NCBI GenBank assembly: GCA_963708055.1
Contig: OY970193.1
Location: 5,135,869 to 5,199,868, forward strand
Origin: an uncultured Acidobacteriota bacterium
GTDB lineage: Bacteria > Acidobacteriota > Blastocatellia > Pyrinomonadales > Pyrinomonadaceae
Length of the DNA: 64,000 nucleotides
Direction of reading: 5' to 3'
Every line of letters begins with the position of its first letter. Within the stretch, counting starts at the first letter, position 1. This document shows, piece after piece, positions 5,803 to 14,735 of the stretch. The notes beneath the pieces are model-generated. The model was not told the origin of the DNA, searched no databases, and was given only the letters and a program-made list of their open reading frames with translations. The position numbers and the translations under genes are program-made.

Positions 5803-8757
5803 CTAAAACGCCGACAACAAAGCCTCAACATCGACAACGCCAAATCCCTGTCCGCGATCCCACTTGGAATTGTAATTCTGCGTTTTCTGTCGCAAAGCTG
5901 AACTGATCTGAGATGCAGCAGGCAGCGCCTGTCCTGAGCCCGCCACCCGAGAGAGTAGCAAGGCGATGGCGCCCGTTACATGCGGCGCCGCCATACTCGT
6001 ACCATCCATAGATACGGCGTCTTCAGAGGTGCCGGCGAGCGCGGCATTCACCCCTACTCCCGGCGCCGCCACTTCGGGTTTTTTTCGCTGGTCCCTGGTT
6101 GGTCCAAAGGAGGAAAATTTTCCAACCTGCAGCGGGGCAATTCCCACTGCGCCCACGGTGATGACGCTTTGGGCGGTGCCGGGAATACTCAACGTCATCT
6201 CCAAATCTATGAAATCTTCAAACGAGCTGGGATCACCGCCTGCCCGCTCGATCCAGGCGTGAATATCTCCGCCCTCACAAACCTTCTGACTTTGAATGTT
6301 GAGTTCCCATGGGCCATGCGGTACCGCAACGCCAGCGGTCCCAATCTCAATCCTAAGCAGGCTATCGCCATTGTCGATGTGGCGACGAGTAAATTCCATG
6401 GTATAGGCGGTGCCGTCAGCAAAGTTACTTTTCAGAGTTGGATTGATGGTGCTGAGCCAGGGTGTCCAATCACCGGCGGGATGATGAAGCCGAAAAGCAA
6501 ACTCGTCGGCTGAGTTCCACCAGAGTTCGAGCCGTTCTTTGCCCTTGGCGTTCGGATACCGTTGCCAGGGCAGAATTTCCTCTGCGCCGTCTCCCAGGGT
6601 TACTTTGGCATGGCCTTTCTTATGCCGCTCGTTTCCAGCCGACTTCACGATTACGCGGCCACCTGTCCGTCCGCCACCGGTGAAGGCGTCGAATCCTACC
6701 TCGAGCGCCGATTTTCCATCATGCGCGCCGGCATTCATTCCCTGGCTAACGTTGACCACAACCGGCAGCCCTAGTTTTGTTGCCATTTGGTCGATGAACG
6801 AGAGCGCATCAAGGTGACTCTTGGAGTAACCGATAGAACTACGACCGTCGGCGATGACCACTAGTAACCGTGCTTCTGGCGCAACTCCTCCAGCAAACTT
6901 ACCGGGCTTGTCTATCTTCCTGCCCGCCGCAATGCTGGCCACGTGCGTACCGTGGCCTGTCAGGTTTCGTCCGAGCGCCTGGGGGACTTTTTGGACCCGA
7001 ATATATTCGGCAATCATGTTTTCATCGTGATACGTGCCATAGCCGAATCCATTCGGAAATGTTCCAGTGCCATCTTTCTGGTCCCAAATGCCGACGATTC
7101 GCGAATTGCCGTTTGCGTCCAGAAAGGCTTTATGGAGTACATCTATGCCGTTATCGATGATCGCGATCAGCGCGCGTCCTCCCTCTTCTTCGTATGGACC
7201 ACCCGCACTCGGATAACTTTTTGCCACTTTGATGAATGGTATGGATCGATCGCAGTCTGATATACCAACCTGAGCACTTTCGTTAACTGAGATCACGTCA
7301 GGATCGGTGAGAAGCGCTTTCACGGTTTGCTCGGAACCCTGAGCGGAAATGATCGTGCCTAGCCGCGTTTCCAGCACCAAATCGGTCACGGGCCCTGGTT
7401 GCCAGTTAGGATCCGCTACGCGAATTAACAGTGGGCGTAGTGACGTTTCGCCGCTCTCTTCTGATGCCGGGTATTCATCGGCAAAGCCCATCCCGCGCGA
7501 ACGGCGCACGGCTTCCCAGAGCTTCTCAAAAATCGGTCGTGCCAGCGGATTCTCGCCGAGCTGCAAAAGTTGATCGAACTGGCGGTAAGTTGACGACACT
7601 GCAAACGCGTCTAAATCGGGATGGCAGATATATCGATCGAGGGCGGTCATGGCTTCGTCGTAACGCTCGAGTATAACCAGTGCTTCGACGCGCGTAGCAT
7701 AGTCCCAGACTTTAATCTCTTCGGTTTCCTCGAGGCGTTTGATCTCTTCCAGTAACCGAAACGCCGTTTCGCCGGCCTCGCTTAACTGCACGTCTTTGAT
7801 ACCATCGCGATGAGCACGCACAATACAACTGGCCATGTTGACCCCATGCCAGATTTCCTTCTGATCCTTTTCGTAGACGGAGCGATAGGCTTGGATGCTG
7901 AGCAACAGCAATGCATGTGATTCGATAGATTCAGGCGCGTCAAGATACTGTTGCTTATAATTTCGTCCTATCAGCCCATAAGCTTCTACGACTTCGCTTG
8001 GTTTGGAGGTTGGATCCTCCACGATTGAGTTAAGCACCTTGAGAGCTTCCTCAAACTCTCGCTGCTCGATCAGCGCTTGCGCATATTGCCGCCGGACTTT
8101 TTCGTTATGCGTTCCGGAAGCAATAACAGCAGCGCCGTAACTTCGCATCAACCGAAACTGCCGGTCCGATCGTAATGCCGCAAGATCGTTATTTGCATGT
8201 TTTTCAGGATAGGGGTAGGCCCGCTTTTCGATGTGCGTGGTGAACCGGTTTATGAGAGTCCTTGCCCGGTTTTGATCGTGCACTTTCAAAACATCGCGCA
8301 ACGCTTCCGAGAAGATCTCCTCGTTCCATTCGATCGGCTCCGCTAAGCCTTCAAGGGTAGTGCCCGACTCTTCCCTGGACGATGGAAGTAAAGCGGCGAG
8401 TTCTTGTCGTGCGTTTTGATCCACCTCGCGCCGGTCCCAGAATGGCAGCAGCCAGACATCGAGCGCGAAGAGTTTGCGTTCGTCATCACTGAGATTCTCC
8501 GCCAGAACCGCGATTGTCGGAGTTGGGCTCATACGTGCGACTGCGATCTGATCGTGGACGAGGGGTGAGTCGGCTGCCTTCCGCGATAACACGGCCAAAA
8601 TCACCTGACACTGAGCCATGAATGGTTGAGGGTCTTGATCCGGCAATGACTCGGAAGAAATCCAGCGATCAAATCCGTTGACCGGCAGCGGACGGATGAG
8701 AGTTTCTTTAACGAAAGAAAGATCGGCTTCAGCGTGAATGATGTAAGCGATAGACAT
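5803..8757 (-). CDS. cytoplasmic multidomain protein: TIR-like N-terminus, helical TPR-like region, I9-propeptide-like segment, S8 subtilisin-family peptidase
   Basis: No signal peptide. aa 1-110 show an alternating beta/alpha pattern (AYIIHAE..., VILAVLSRKAADSPLVHDQIAVA) typical of bacterial TIR. aa ~150-430 are helical repeats. The S8 catalytic residues are D535 (AIIDNGID), H602 (GHGTHVAS), N709 (SAGNE) and S921 (GTSMAAPHVTG). GGAGG lies 6 nt upstream of the ATG. Confidence 0.8.
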   Translation of the reverse strand: MSIAYIIHAEADLSFVKETLIRPLPVNGFDRWISSESLPDQDPQPFMAQCQVILAVLSRKAADSPLVHDQIAVARMSPTPTIAVLAENLSDDERKLFALDVWLLPFWDRREVDQNARQELAALLPSSREESGTTLEGLAEPIEWNEEIFSEALRDVLKVHDQNRARTLINRFTTHIEKRAYPYPEKHANNDLAALRSDRQFRLMRSYGAAVIASGTHNEKVRRQYAQALIEQREFEEALKVLNSIVEDPTSKPSEVVEAYGLIGRNYKQQYLDAPESIESHALLLLSIQAYRSVYEKDQKEIWHGVNMASCIVRAHRDGIKDVQLSEAGETAFRLLEEIKRLEETEEIKVWDYATRVEALVILERYDEAMTALDRYICHPDLDAFAVSSTYRQFDQLLQLGENPLARPIFEKLWEAVRRSRGMGFADEYPASEESGETSLRPLLIRVADPNWQPGPVTDLVLETRLGTIISAQGSEQTVKALLTDPDVISVNESAQVGISDCDRSIPFIKVAKSYPSAGGPYEEEGGRALIAIIDNGIDVLHKAFLDANGNSRIVGIWDQKDGTGTFPNGFGYGTYHDENMIAEYIRVQKVPQALGRNLTGHGTHVASIAAGRKIDKPGKFAGGVAPEARLLVVIADGRSSIGYSKSHLDALSFIDQMATKLGLPVVVNVSQGMNAGAHDGKSALEVGFDAFTGGGRTGGRVIVKSAGNERHKKGHAKVTLGDGAEEILPWQRYPNAKGKERLELWWNSADEFAFRLHHPAGDWTPWLSTINPTLKSNFADGTAYTMEFTRRHIDNGDSLLRIEIGTAGVAVPHGPWELNIQSQKVCEGGDIHAWIERAGGDPSSFEDFIDLEMTLSIPGTAQSVITVGAVGIAPLQVGKFSSFGPTRDQRKKPEVAAPGVGVNAALAGTSEDAVSMDGTSMAAPHVTGAIALLLSRVAGSGQALPAASQISSALRQKTQNYNSKWDRGQGFGVVDVEALLSAF

Positions 8758-8975
8758 GACAATCCTCCAACGTGCGGGAGTGTGGAGACGTTAAGGACCT
8801 ATACTGATGTCGCTCTGAAAGCGAGGATCGACGCTCGAAGTTTAGCGCGGTTGCGTTTATCGATTGAATCGGATCTTCTAAAGGCGCAATTGCCCGCCAG
8901 TTTACCGTTATGCTCGTTGAGGTAACGCTGTTGCTGAGCGCGCCCGTTGACTAAACAAAATACAAATACCAACCA

Positions 8976-9536
8976 CTAAACGCTCATGATCTCGTGTTCT
9001 TTGCTCTTCGCTAGTTCGTCGATTTTGGTGATGTAGGTGTCGGTGAGTTTTTGGATCTCTTGCAAGGCGTCGCGTTCGGAGTCTTCGGAGATGGCTTTGT
9101 CTTTGAGCATCTTCTTGAGACGGTCGTTGGCGTCGCGGCGGTGAACGCGCACGGCGGTGCGGTGATCTTCGGCGACGTCGTGGATCTGCTTCGCCATTTG
9201 CCTGCGACGTTCTTCAGTAAGCGGAGGAATCGGAATGCGAACGAGTTTGCCGTCGTTCGAAGGGTTCAAACCCAGATCAGAAGAGCGAATGGCTTTTTCC
9301 ACCGCGCCAAGCTGAGTCAGATCCCAGGGCTGCACCGTCAACAACTGCGGCTCGGGTGCGTGCACTGAGGCCATCTGGTTTAGAGGCGTCGGAGTGCCGT
9401 AGTAATCAACTGTCACGTTGTCGAGAATGCTGACTGCAGCACGTCCGGTGCGAATACTGGCGAGCTTGCGCTTGAAGTCGTCGACTGCACCTTCCATTCG
9501 GGGCTTTGCTTCTTTGATTACGTCCTTTTCACTCAT
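8976..9536 (-). CDS. frr: ribosome recycling factor
   Basis: 186 aa. Full-length match to the Frr pattern (...IRTGRA...LL..V.V.YYG...PL.Q.A......). Conserved position after pyrH. Confidence 0.95.
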   Translation of the reverse strand: MSEKDVIKEAKPRMEGAVDDFKRKLASIRTGRAAVSILDNVTVDYYGTPTPLNQMASVHAPEPQLLTVQPWDLTQLGAVEKAIRSSDLGLNPSNDGKLVRIPIPPLTEERRRQMAKQIHDVAEDHRTAVRVHRRDANDRLKKMLKDKAISEDSERDALQEIQKLTDTYITKIDELAKSKEHEIMSV

Positions 9537-9565
9537 CTCGTTTTTGACTCCACTGAAGTGACTAG

Positions 9566-10297
9566 TTAACCAACCTTGGTGCCTACGCCCTTCTCACCGG
9601 TAACCACGCGCCTGATGTTTCCCGCTTCGCGCATGTTGAAGACAATGATAGGCAGGTTGTTATCCATGCACAATGAGATGGCCGAGGCATCCATCACCTT
9701 GAGCTGTCGTTCGAGAACCTGACGATAACTGATCTCGTTGAAAAATTCTGCCGTCGCGTCAGTCATCGGATCGGCAGAGTATACGCCATCAACTTTGGTG
9801 GCTTTCAAGATGATGTCAGCCTTGATCTCCAATGCTCGGAGGGCTGCCGCCGAGTCGGTGGTGAAATACGGATTGCCGGTGCCGGCGGCGAAAATAACCA
9901 CTCGTCCCTTTTCCAAATGACGGACGGCGCGCCGGCGAATAAACGACTCGGCTAACTGCGGAATATCAACGGCTGACAACACGCGCGTATCGACGTCGAT
10001 CTTCTCGAGCGCGTCCTGCAAAACGACGGCATTCATTACCGTCGCCAGCATCCCGATGTAGTCAGCCGACGAACGGTCCATGTTGCCGGCGCTTTTGGAA
10101 ACGCCGCGGAAGATGTTGCCGCCACCAACGACGACGGCAACCTGCACACCCATTCGATGGACCGCCTTCAGCTCTTCGGCAACACTGCGCGCAACGTCAA
10201 CGTCGATGCCGTAGTTTTGCTCGCCCATCAGGGCTTCGCCTGAGATCTTCAACAACACGCGGCGATAGGCGAGATTGGAGATGTCGATCGTCGTCAT
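9566..10297 (-). CDS. pyrH: UMP kinase
   Basis: [13 protein letters not shown]...[10 protein letters not shown]...[17 protein letters not shown] motifs. Sits in tsf-pyrH-frr synteny. Confidence 0.95.
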   Translation of the reverse strand: MTTIDISNLAYRRVLLKISGEALMGEQNYGIDVDVARSVAEELKAVHRMGVQVAVVVGGGNIFRGVSKSAGNMDRSSADYIGMLATVMNAVVLQDALEKIDVDTRVLSAVDIPQLAESFIRRRAVRHLEKGRVVIFAAGTGNPYFTTDSAAALRALEIKADIILKATKVDGVYSADPMTDATAEFFNEISYRQVLERQLKVMDASAISLCMDNNLPIIVFNMREAGNIRRVVTGEKGVGTKVG

Positions 10298-10303
10298 TGA
10301 GTT

Positions 10304-10966
10304 TTACTTCAGCATCGAAGCAACTTCGTTACCGAAATCTTCGCTGCGACGCTCGAGACCTTCACCCATTTTGTAACGAGTAAATCTGCGTACCGTAATG
10401 CGCTCACCGGTCTTGGCAACTTTCTCCGTTACCAGTTCGCCGACAGTCTTCGCCGGATCCTTAACAAACGGCTGATCCACCAGCACAGTTTCTTCATAGA
10501 ACTTGTTTATGCGGCCATCGACGATCTTCTCGATCACCTGTTCCGGTTTGTTTGCGTTCTTGGGCTCGTTCATCGCCTGTGCGCGCGCGATTTCGCGTTC
10601 TTTATCGAGCAGGCCGGCAGGAACTTCTTCGCGAGTGACGAACCTGGGCTCGGCGGCCGCGATATGCATCGCAATGTCTTTTACGAGTTGTTGAAACTCG
10701 TCACCGCGCGCCACAAAGTCGGTTTCGCAGTTTAACTCGACCAGCACTCCGACTTTTCCACCCATGTGGATGTAGGAACCGACGATGCCTTCGGCCGCGA
10801 TTCGACCTTCGCGCTTCTTCGCTGACGCCAATCCGCGCTCGCGCAGGATGTCGATTGCTTTCTCCTCAATGCCACCTGCTTCGGTGAGTGCGTTCTTGCA
10901 CTCCATCATTCCTGCTCCGGTCTTCTCCCGAAGCTGCTTGACTGCTGCTGCTGTAATTTCAGCCAT
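10304..10966 (-). CDS. tsf: elongation factor Ts
   Basis: The canonical N-terminus [27 protein letters not shown] begins at ATG 10966. The track ORF extends 14 codons further upstream. Confidence 0.93.
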   Translation of the reverse strand: MAEITAAAVKQLREKTGAGMMECKNALTEAGGIEEKAIDILRERGLASAKKREGRIAAEGIVGSYIHMGGKVGVLVELNCETDFVARGDEFQQLVKDIAMHIAAAEPRFVTREEVPAGLLDKEREIARAQAMNEPKNANKPEQVIEKIVDGRINKFYEETVLVDQPFVKDPAKTVGELVTEKVAKTGERITVRRFTRYKMGEGLERRSEDFGNEVASMLK

Positions 10967-11074
10967 GATTACCAGTATCTCCGCTTGCGTAAAATTAGTT
11001 GCCTTCAATGAAAAACGCAGCCCGGCGGGGTGTCCGCTTGAAGGCTGCGCTCACCGATGAGTAAGGAATATCGC

Positions 11075-11986
11075 TTAGCTCGCCGCCACGACAGATTCAG
11101 TGCTTTCAGCAGGCGCGGGTTCGGGTTCCGTGGTTTCTGCCTGTGGTGTCATGGATGCGGATTGCTCCTCCCCGCCACTGACGCTGCCGACGTCATCACG
11201 TGTAAGTTCTGACGCTGCCAGTTCACCTGCCGCACCTTCGCCGGCAGCAGCTTCGCCGTCTTCACCTGGCGCACCACTGACAACGCCGCCTTCGGTTGCG
11301 ATCTGATTGCCTTCGACGATCGCGTCAGCGATACGCGAGGCAAACAGGCGAACGGCGCGCAAAGCGTCGTCGTTGCCGGGAATCACGTAATCGATTCCTT
11401 CGGGTGAACAGTTTGTATCGACTACTGCAACGATGGGGATTCCGAGTCGATTCGCTTCCGCGACTGCGATCTCTTCCTTCTTCACATCGATAATGAAGAT
11501 GGCATCCGGAAGGCGAGTCATCGACTTGATACCGGAAAGGTTCTTGTTAAGACTTTCGCGTTCGCGATCGAGTTTGATGCGTTCTTTCTTGGTCAGTTTC
11601 TCGTAACGACCGTCAGTTTGCATGCTCTCGAGATCCTTGAGTCGTTTGATCGACTTCTGGACCGTTTGAAAGTTGGTGAGCAAACCACCGAGCCATCTTT
11701 GATTGACGTAATACTGGCTGCACTTTTCCGACTCTTCGCGAATGGCGTCCTGCGCCTGTCGCTTAGTGCCGACAAAGAGAACTGTTTTGCCCCTGTCCTC
11801 AGCGATCAGGTTGGTGACGAAGGCAATTGCCTCGCGAAACATGCGCTGAGTTTTTTGCAGGTCGATGATGTAAATGCCGTTGCGCTCGCCAAAGATGTAT
11901 TCCTTCATCTTTGGGTTCCAGCGCCTTACCTGGTGGCCGAAGTGAACACCGGCCTCCAGTAGCTCTTTCATGGTAACCGAAACCAA
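11075..11986 (-). CDS. rpsB: 30S ribosomal protein S2 with acidic Ala/Glu-rich C-terminal tail
   Basis: [19 protein letters not shown] motif. TTG 11986 has AGGAG 7 nt upstream and gives [10 protein letters not shown], which resembles E. coli MATVSMRDML. ATG 11971 is the alternative start. Confidence 0.92.
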   Translation of the reverse strand: MVSVTMKELLEAGVHFGHQVRRWNPKMKEYIFGERNGIYIIDLQKTQRMFREAIAFVTNLIAEDRGKTVLFVGTKRQAQDAIREESEKCSQYYVNQRWLGGLLTNFQTVQKSIKRLKDLESMQTDGRYEKLTKKERIKLDRERESLNKNLSGIKSMTRLPDAIFIIDVKKEEIAVAEANRLGIPIVAVVDTNCSPEGIDYVIPGNDDALRAVRLFASRIADAIVEGNQIATEGGVVSGAPGEDGEAAAGEGAAGELAASELTRDDVGSVSGGEEQSASMTPQAETTEPEPAPAESTESVVAAS

Positions 11987-12096
11987 ACTAAAGCTCCTTC
12001 TGTTAATTGGTTTAATGTACTCGCCGCAACCAGTCGAACTTCCAACGAAGGCAACCAATTGTGCTGCGGCAATGGACTTTGATTATTTCCGATTTT

Positions 12097-12169
12097 CAAT
12101 TGCCGATTGCCAATTTCAACCGATCAGCCATCAATTCAAATTGGCAATCGGCAATTGGCAATCGCCAAT
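12097..12169. repeat. family B hairpin (7-nt GGCAAT[CT] words) between rpsI and rpsB
   Basis: caattgccgattgccaattt (12097-12116) and aaattggcaatcggcaattg (12138-12157) are perfect 20-nt inverted arms. A further gcaatcgccaat unit follows. Confidence 0.95.
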
Positions 12170-12174
12170 GCAAA

Positions 12175-12567
12175 CTATCGTTTCGAAAACTGGAACCGCT
12201 TCCTCGCGCCCTTTTGTCCGTACTTCTTACGTTCCTTGATGCGCGGATCGCGGGTAACGAGACCGGCGTGCTTGAGCGCTGGGCGCAAGTCGGCATTGTA
12301 TTCGAGCAGGGCTCGCGTAATGCCGTGTCGGATAGCTCCTGCCTGACCCGCAGGACCGCCGCCGCTAACGTTAATGAGGAGGTCGAATTTGTTTGTGGTC
12401 TCAGTCAGTTGTAACGGCTGACGAATGATCATCCGCAACGTTTCGTTGGGGAAATAGCGATCAAAGGCTTTGTGGTTAACCTTCACTTCGCCGGCGCCGG
12501 GTCGCAAATAAACGCGGGCTGTTGCCGATTTGCGTCGCCCGGTTCCGTAATACTGAATTTCAGCCAC
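12175..12567 (-). CDS. rpsI: 30S ribosomal protein S9
   Basis: 130 aa ending ...[16 protein letters not shown]. Directly downstream of rplM. Confidence 0.96.
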   Translation of the reverse strand: MAEIQYYGTGRRKSATARVYLRPGAGEVKVNHKAFDRYFPNETLRMIIRQPLQLTETTNKFDLLINVSGGGPAGQAGAIRHGITRALLEYNADLRPALKHAGLVTRDPRIKERKKYGQKGARKRFQFSKR

Positions 12568-12596
12568 AGTAATCTTCCTCTATCTTTCAGCTAATC

Positions 12597-13052
12597 TTAT
12601 TTTGAGTTGGTTTTGTGAGTCAGGTCGAAGGCTTGCGGGCGCTGGGCTGAGTGCGGGTGCTCGGCATCGGCGTAAACCTTGAGCTTCTTCGCCATCGCCT
12701 TGCCGAGCTTTGACTTCGGCAGCATGCCCTTGATGGCGAGCTCGATGACTCGCTCCGGGCGCTTGGCCAACATCTCCTTCGCGGTGGTCTGTCTCAGACC
12801 TCCCGGATAAAGTGTGTGATGACGGTAAAGTTTCTGCTCGACTTTGTTTCCCTTCAACACCGCTTTACGCGCATTGATCACGACCACGTGATCACCGGTA
12901 TCGAGGAAGGGAGTCCATTCCGGACTACGCTTGCCTGTCAGAATCGAAGCAACCTCAGAAGCCAGATGCCCGACGGTTTGCCCGTCCGCATCGACCACGT
13001 ACCATTTTCGTCTTCCAGCGAGTTCCTTACCGCTGGGGAAGTATGTCGACAT
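12597..13052 (-). CDS. rplM: 50S ribosomal protein L13
   Basis: KWYVVDA.GQ.VG.LAS.VA..L.GK...TP..D.GD.V.VINA pattern. 151 aa. Confidence 0.96.
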   Translation of the reverse strand: MSTYFPSGKELAGRRKWYVVDADGQTVGHLASEVASILTGKRSPEWTPFLDTGDHVVVINARKAVLKGNKVEQKLYRHHTLYPGGLRQTTAKEMLAKRPERVIELAIKGMLPKSKLGKAMAKKLKVYADAEHPHSAQRPQAFDLTHKTNSK

Positions 13053-13165
13053 AGTTAACTATCTCTGTTTTCAGCGAATAAAACGCGAACGGCTAGGATA
13101 CCGAAGGGTTCAAAATGTTGTCAACCCGAGGCGAGCCGAGTGGCGTCCTAAGTCGAGGTTTCTTG

Positions 13166-13292
13166 ATCCACAGATTTACTCAGAGTCTATTAATTAATCT
13201 GTGAATATAATTAATCTGTGAATAATTAATCTGTGAAATTAATTAATCTGTGAAATCTGTGGATAACTAATTAATCTGTGAAATCTGTGGAT
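13166..13292. repeat. family C-derived tandem array (ttaatctgtgaa x5) bracketed by atccacagattt / aaatctgtggat inverted ends
   Basis: Copies at 13194-13205, 13211-13222, 13226-13237, 13243-13254 and 13271-13282. atccacagattt is at 13166-13177. atctgtggat is at 13255-13264 and 13283-13292. The array lies 114-240 nt upstream of the rplM start. Confidence 0.9.
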
Positions 13293-13299
13293 ACACATT

Positions 13300-13330
13300 A
13301 AAAGGCCCTTCGGGAAGCCGAAGGGCCTTC
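13300..13330 (-). terminator. intrinsic terminator downstream of the M48 peptidase gene
   Basis: A 12-bp GC-rich stem, aaggcccttcgg (13302-13313) with ccgaagggcctt (13318-13329), and a GAAG loop. On the minus strand it is followed by TTTTAAT. Confidence 0.7.
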
Positions 13331-13352
13331 GTGGTCAAGGTAACACAAGTTG

Positions 13353-14543
13353 CTACGGCTTGTCGGGAGTTTTCGTGGTCCCGGTGTCGTTTTTCTTAAG
13401 CTTCGGCGGAGCTTCCGTTGATTTGGGCTGCTCGCCGTCAGGCGTCGTGGTGGTTTCGTCAGGTGTCGGTTGGCGACGTTTCAAAGTCGGTCGTCCCGGT
13501 GCTCCACCTTCATCACCGGCGGCAATTGCTCCAGCCGTCGAAGCGCGAGCGTTTGAAAGTCTCAAGAGCCGGCCTTTTACTCGCTGAAACTCGGAACTGC
13601 TGATCACATATTCTTCATTTTCCGGGAAGCGTGCTGCGAGTGCGAGTGATGAAGCTCTGCGATCCGGGGGCGCCGGGTGCGTGGCGAAAGCGCGCGCGAT
13701 GAATCCCGGTTTCTTCTTGTTCTTGGCTTCCAGCTTCTCAAACATCGTGGCCATTGCGCCCGGGTCGTAACCGGCAGCGTACATGTACTGAACGCCCAGT
13801 TTGTCAGCCTCTTCTTCGGCGCCACGACTAAACTTCATGAAGATTCCCAGGAGACCAATGCCCGCGGTGTTCTGGTAAATCATTCCCGGAATGCCGCCGA
13901 GGAAAATCGAGCCGCCGAGGGCTGCGTATTCGAGCAAGCTGGCCTTGGTCTGGTTTTCAACCGCGTGACGCGCTGCGACGTGCGCAATCTCGTGGGCCAT
14001 CACGCCTGCGAGTTCCGCTTCGTTGTCAGCCGCCAGGATCAAGCCTTTGTTGACGTAGAAAAATCCGCCCGGCAGAGCGAAAGCGTTAACCTCGTCAGAA
14101 TCAATAACCTTGATAGTGAACGGAACCTTGGAGTCAGAGTGAAGCACGATGTTCTGGCCGACGCGGTTGACGTATTCGGTAATTACCGGGTCGTCAACAA
14201 ACTTGGCTTGGCGATCCACTTCCGCTGCGGCTTCACGGCCGAGGCGAACCTCTTTTTCAATCGAGCCGCTCATCTTGGCGATCAGGCCGGAGTTGATATT
14301 CCGTTTGCCGATCATTGCCGGATCTTCGCTCGTTGAAAGTGGCTTATTGGATTTCGCGGTGGTAGTGGTAGCCGCCGGCTTCTGCTCTGGTTTAGCTTCT
14401 TTGGCTTCCGTCTTCGTGGAGCTGGTTTTCTGAGCTGAATCAGCAGGTTTGGTGGTTGGCGTTTGCGCCATCGCAGCCACTGAGCTCCCCAGCAGTGATG
14501 CGGTCAATACAAAAGCACTCGTCGCACGGGAGAAGTTGTTCAT
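13353..14543 (-). CDS. secreted M48-family zinc metallopeptidase
   Basis: HEIAH zinc motif (GVMAHEIAHVAARH). Signal peptide present. Lys/Thr/Pro-rich low-complexity N- and C-terminal extensions. Confidence 0.85.
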   Translation of the reverse strand: MNNFSRATSAFVLTASLLGSSVAAMAQTPTTKPADSAQKTSSTKTEAKEAKPEQKPAATTTTAKSNKPLSTSEDPAMIGKRNINSGLIAKMSGSIEKEVRLGREAAAEVDRQAKFVDDPVITEYVNRVGQNIVLHSDSKVPFTIKVIDSDEVNAFALPGGFFYVNKGLILAADNEAELAGVMAHEIAHVAARHAVENQTKASLLEYAALGGSIFLGGIPGMIYQNTAGIGLLGIFMKFSRGAEEEADKLGVQYMYAAGYDPGAMATMFEKLEAKNKKKPGFIARAFATHPAPPDRRASSLALAARFPENEEYVISSSEFQRVKGRLLRLSNARASTAGAIAAGDEGGAPGRPTLKRRQPTPDETTTTPDGEQPKSTEAPPKLKKNDTGTTKTPDKP

Positions 14544-14735
14544 CTCAAAAAACCTCCAAAGTAATTCGAATAATCTGAGGGAAGGATTCTCGCTGTTATT
14601 TCGCTAATCCAGACGCGCAGTCTATGATGCACGGGTCCGGTATCTGGTTGTGTCGCCGGCGACAACTTCCCTGGCCTGGAGGATTGGACTTTCGCGGCCT
14701 ACTAACCAGCGTCGTTAACACCTGCAAATATACCT

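Noticed and set aside
11987-12096. Possible S2 autoregulatory leader structure upstream of rpsB (gccgca...tgcggc pairing).
   Set aside because: Only a short 6-bp complementarity is visible by eye. I cannot match it to the known rpsB leader pseudoknot without a covariance-model search, for example Rfam/Infernal.
13194-13292. CRISPR-like appearance of regularly spaced short repeats.
   Set aside because: The units are only 12 nt with 3-16 nt spacers. They are AT-rich and clearly derived from the family C word. There are no cas genes in the window.
14648-14666. Imperfect palindrome gttgtgtcgccggcgacaac in the divergent region between the M48 and DUF2520 genes, as a possible operator.
   Set aside because: It is a single short GC-rich palindrome with no adjacent regulator gene and no repeat elsewhere in the window. 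The evidence is insufficient.
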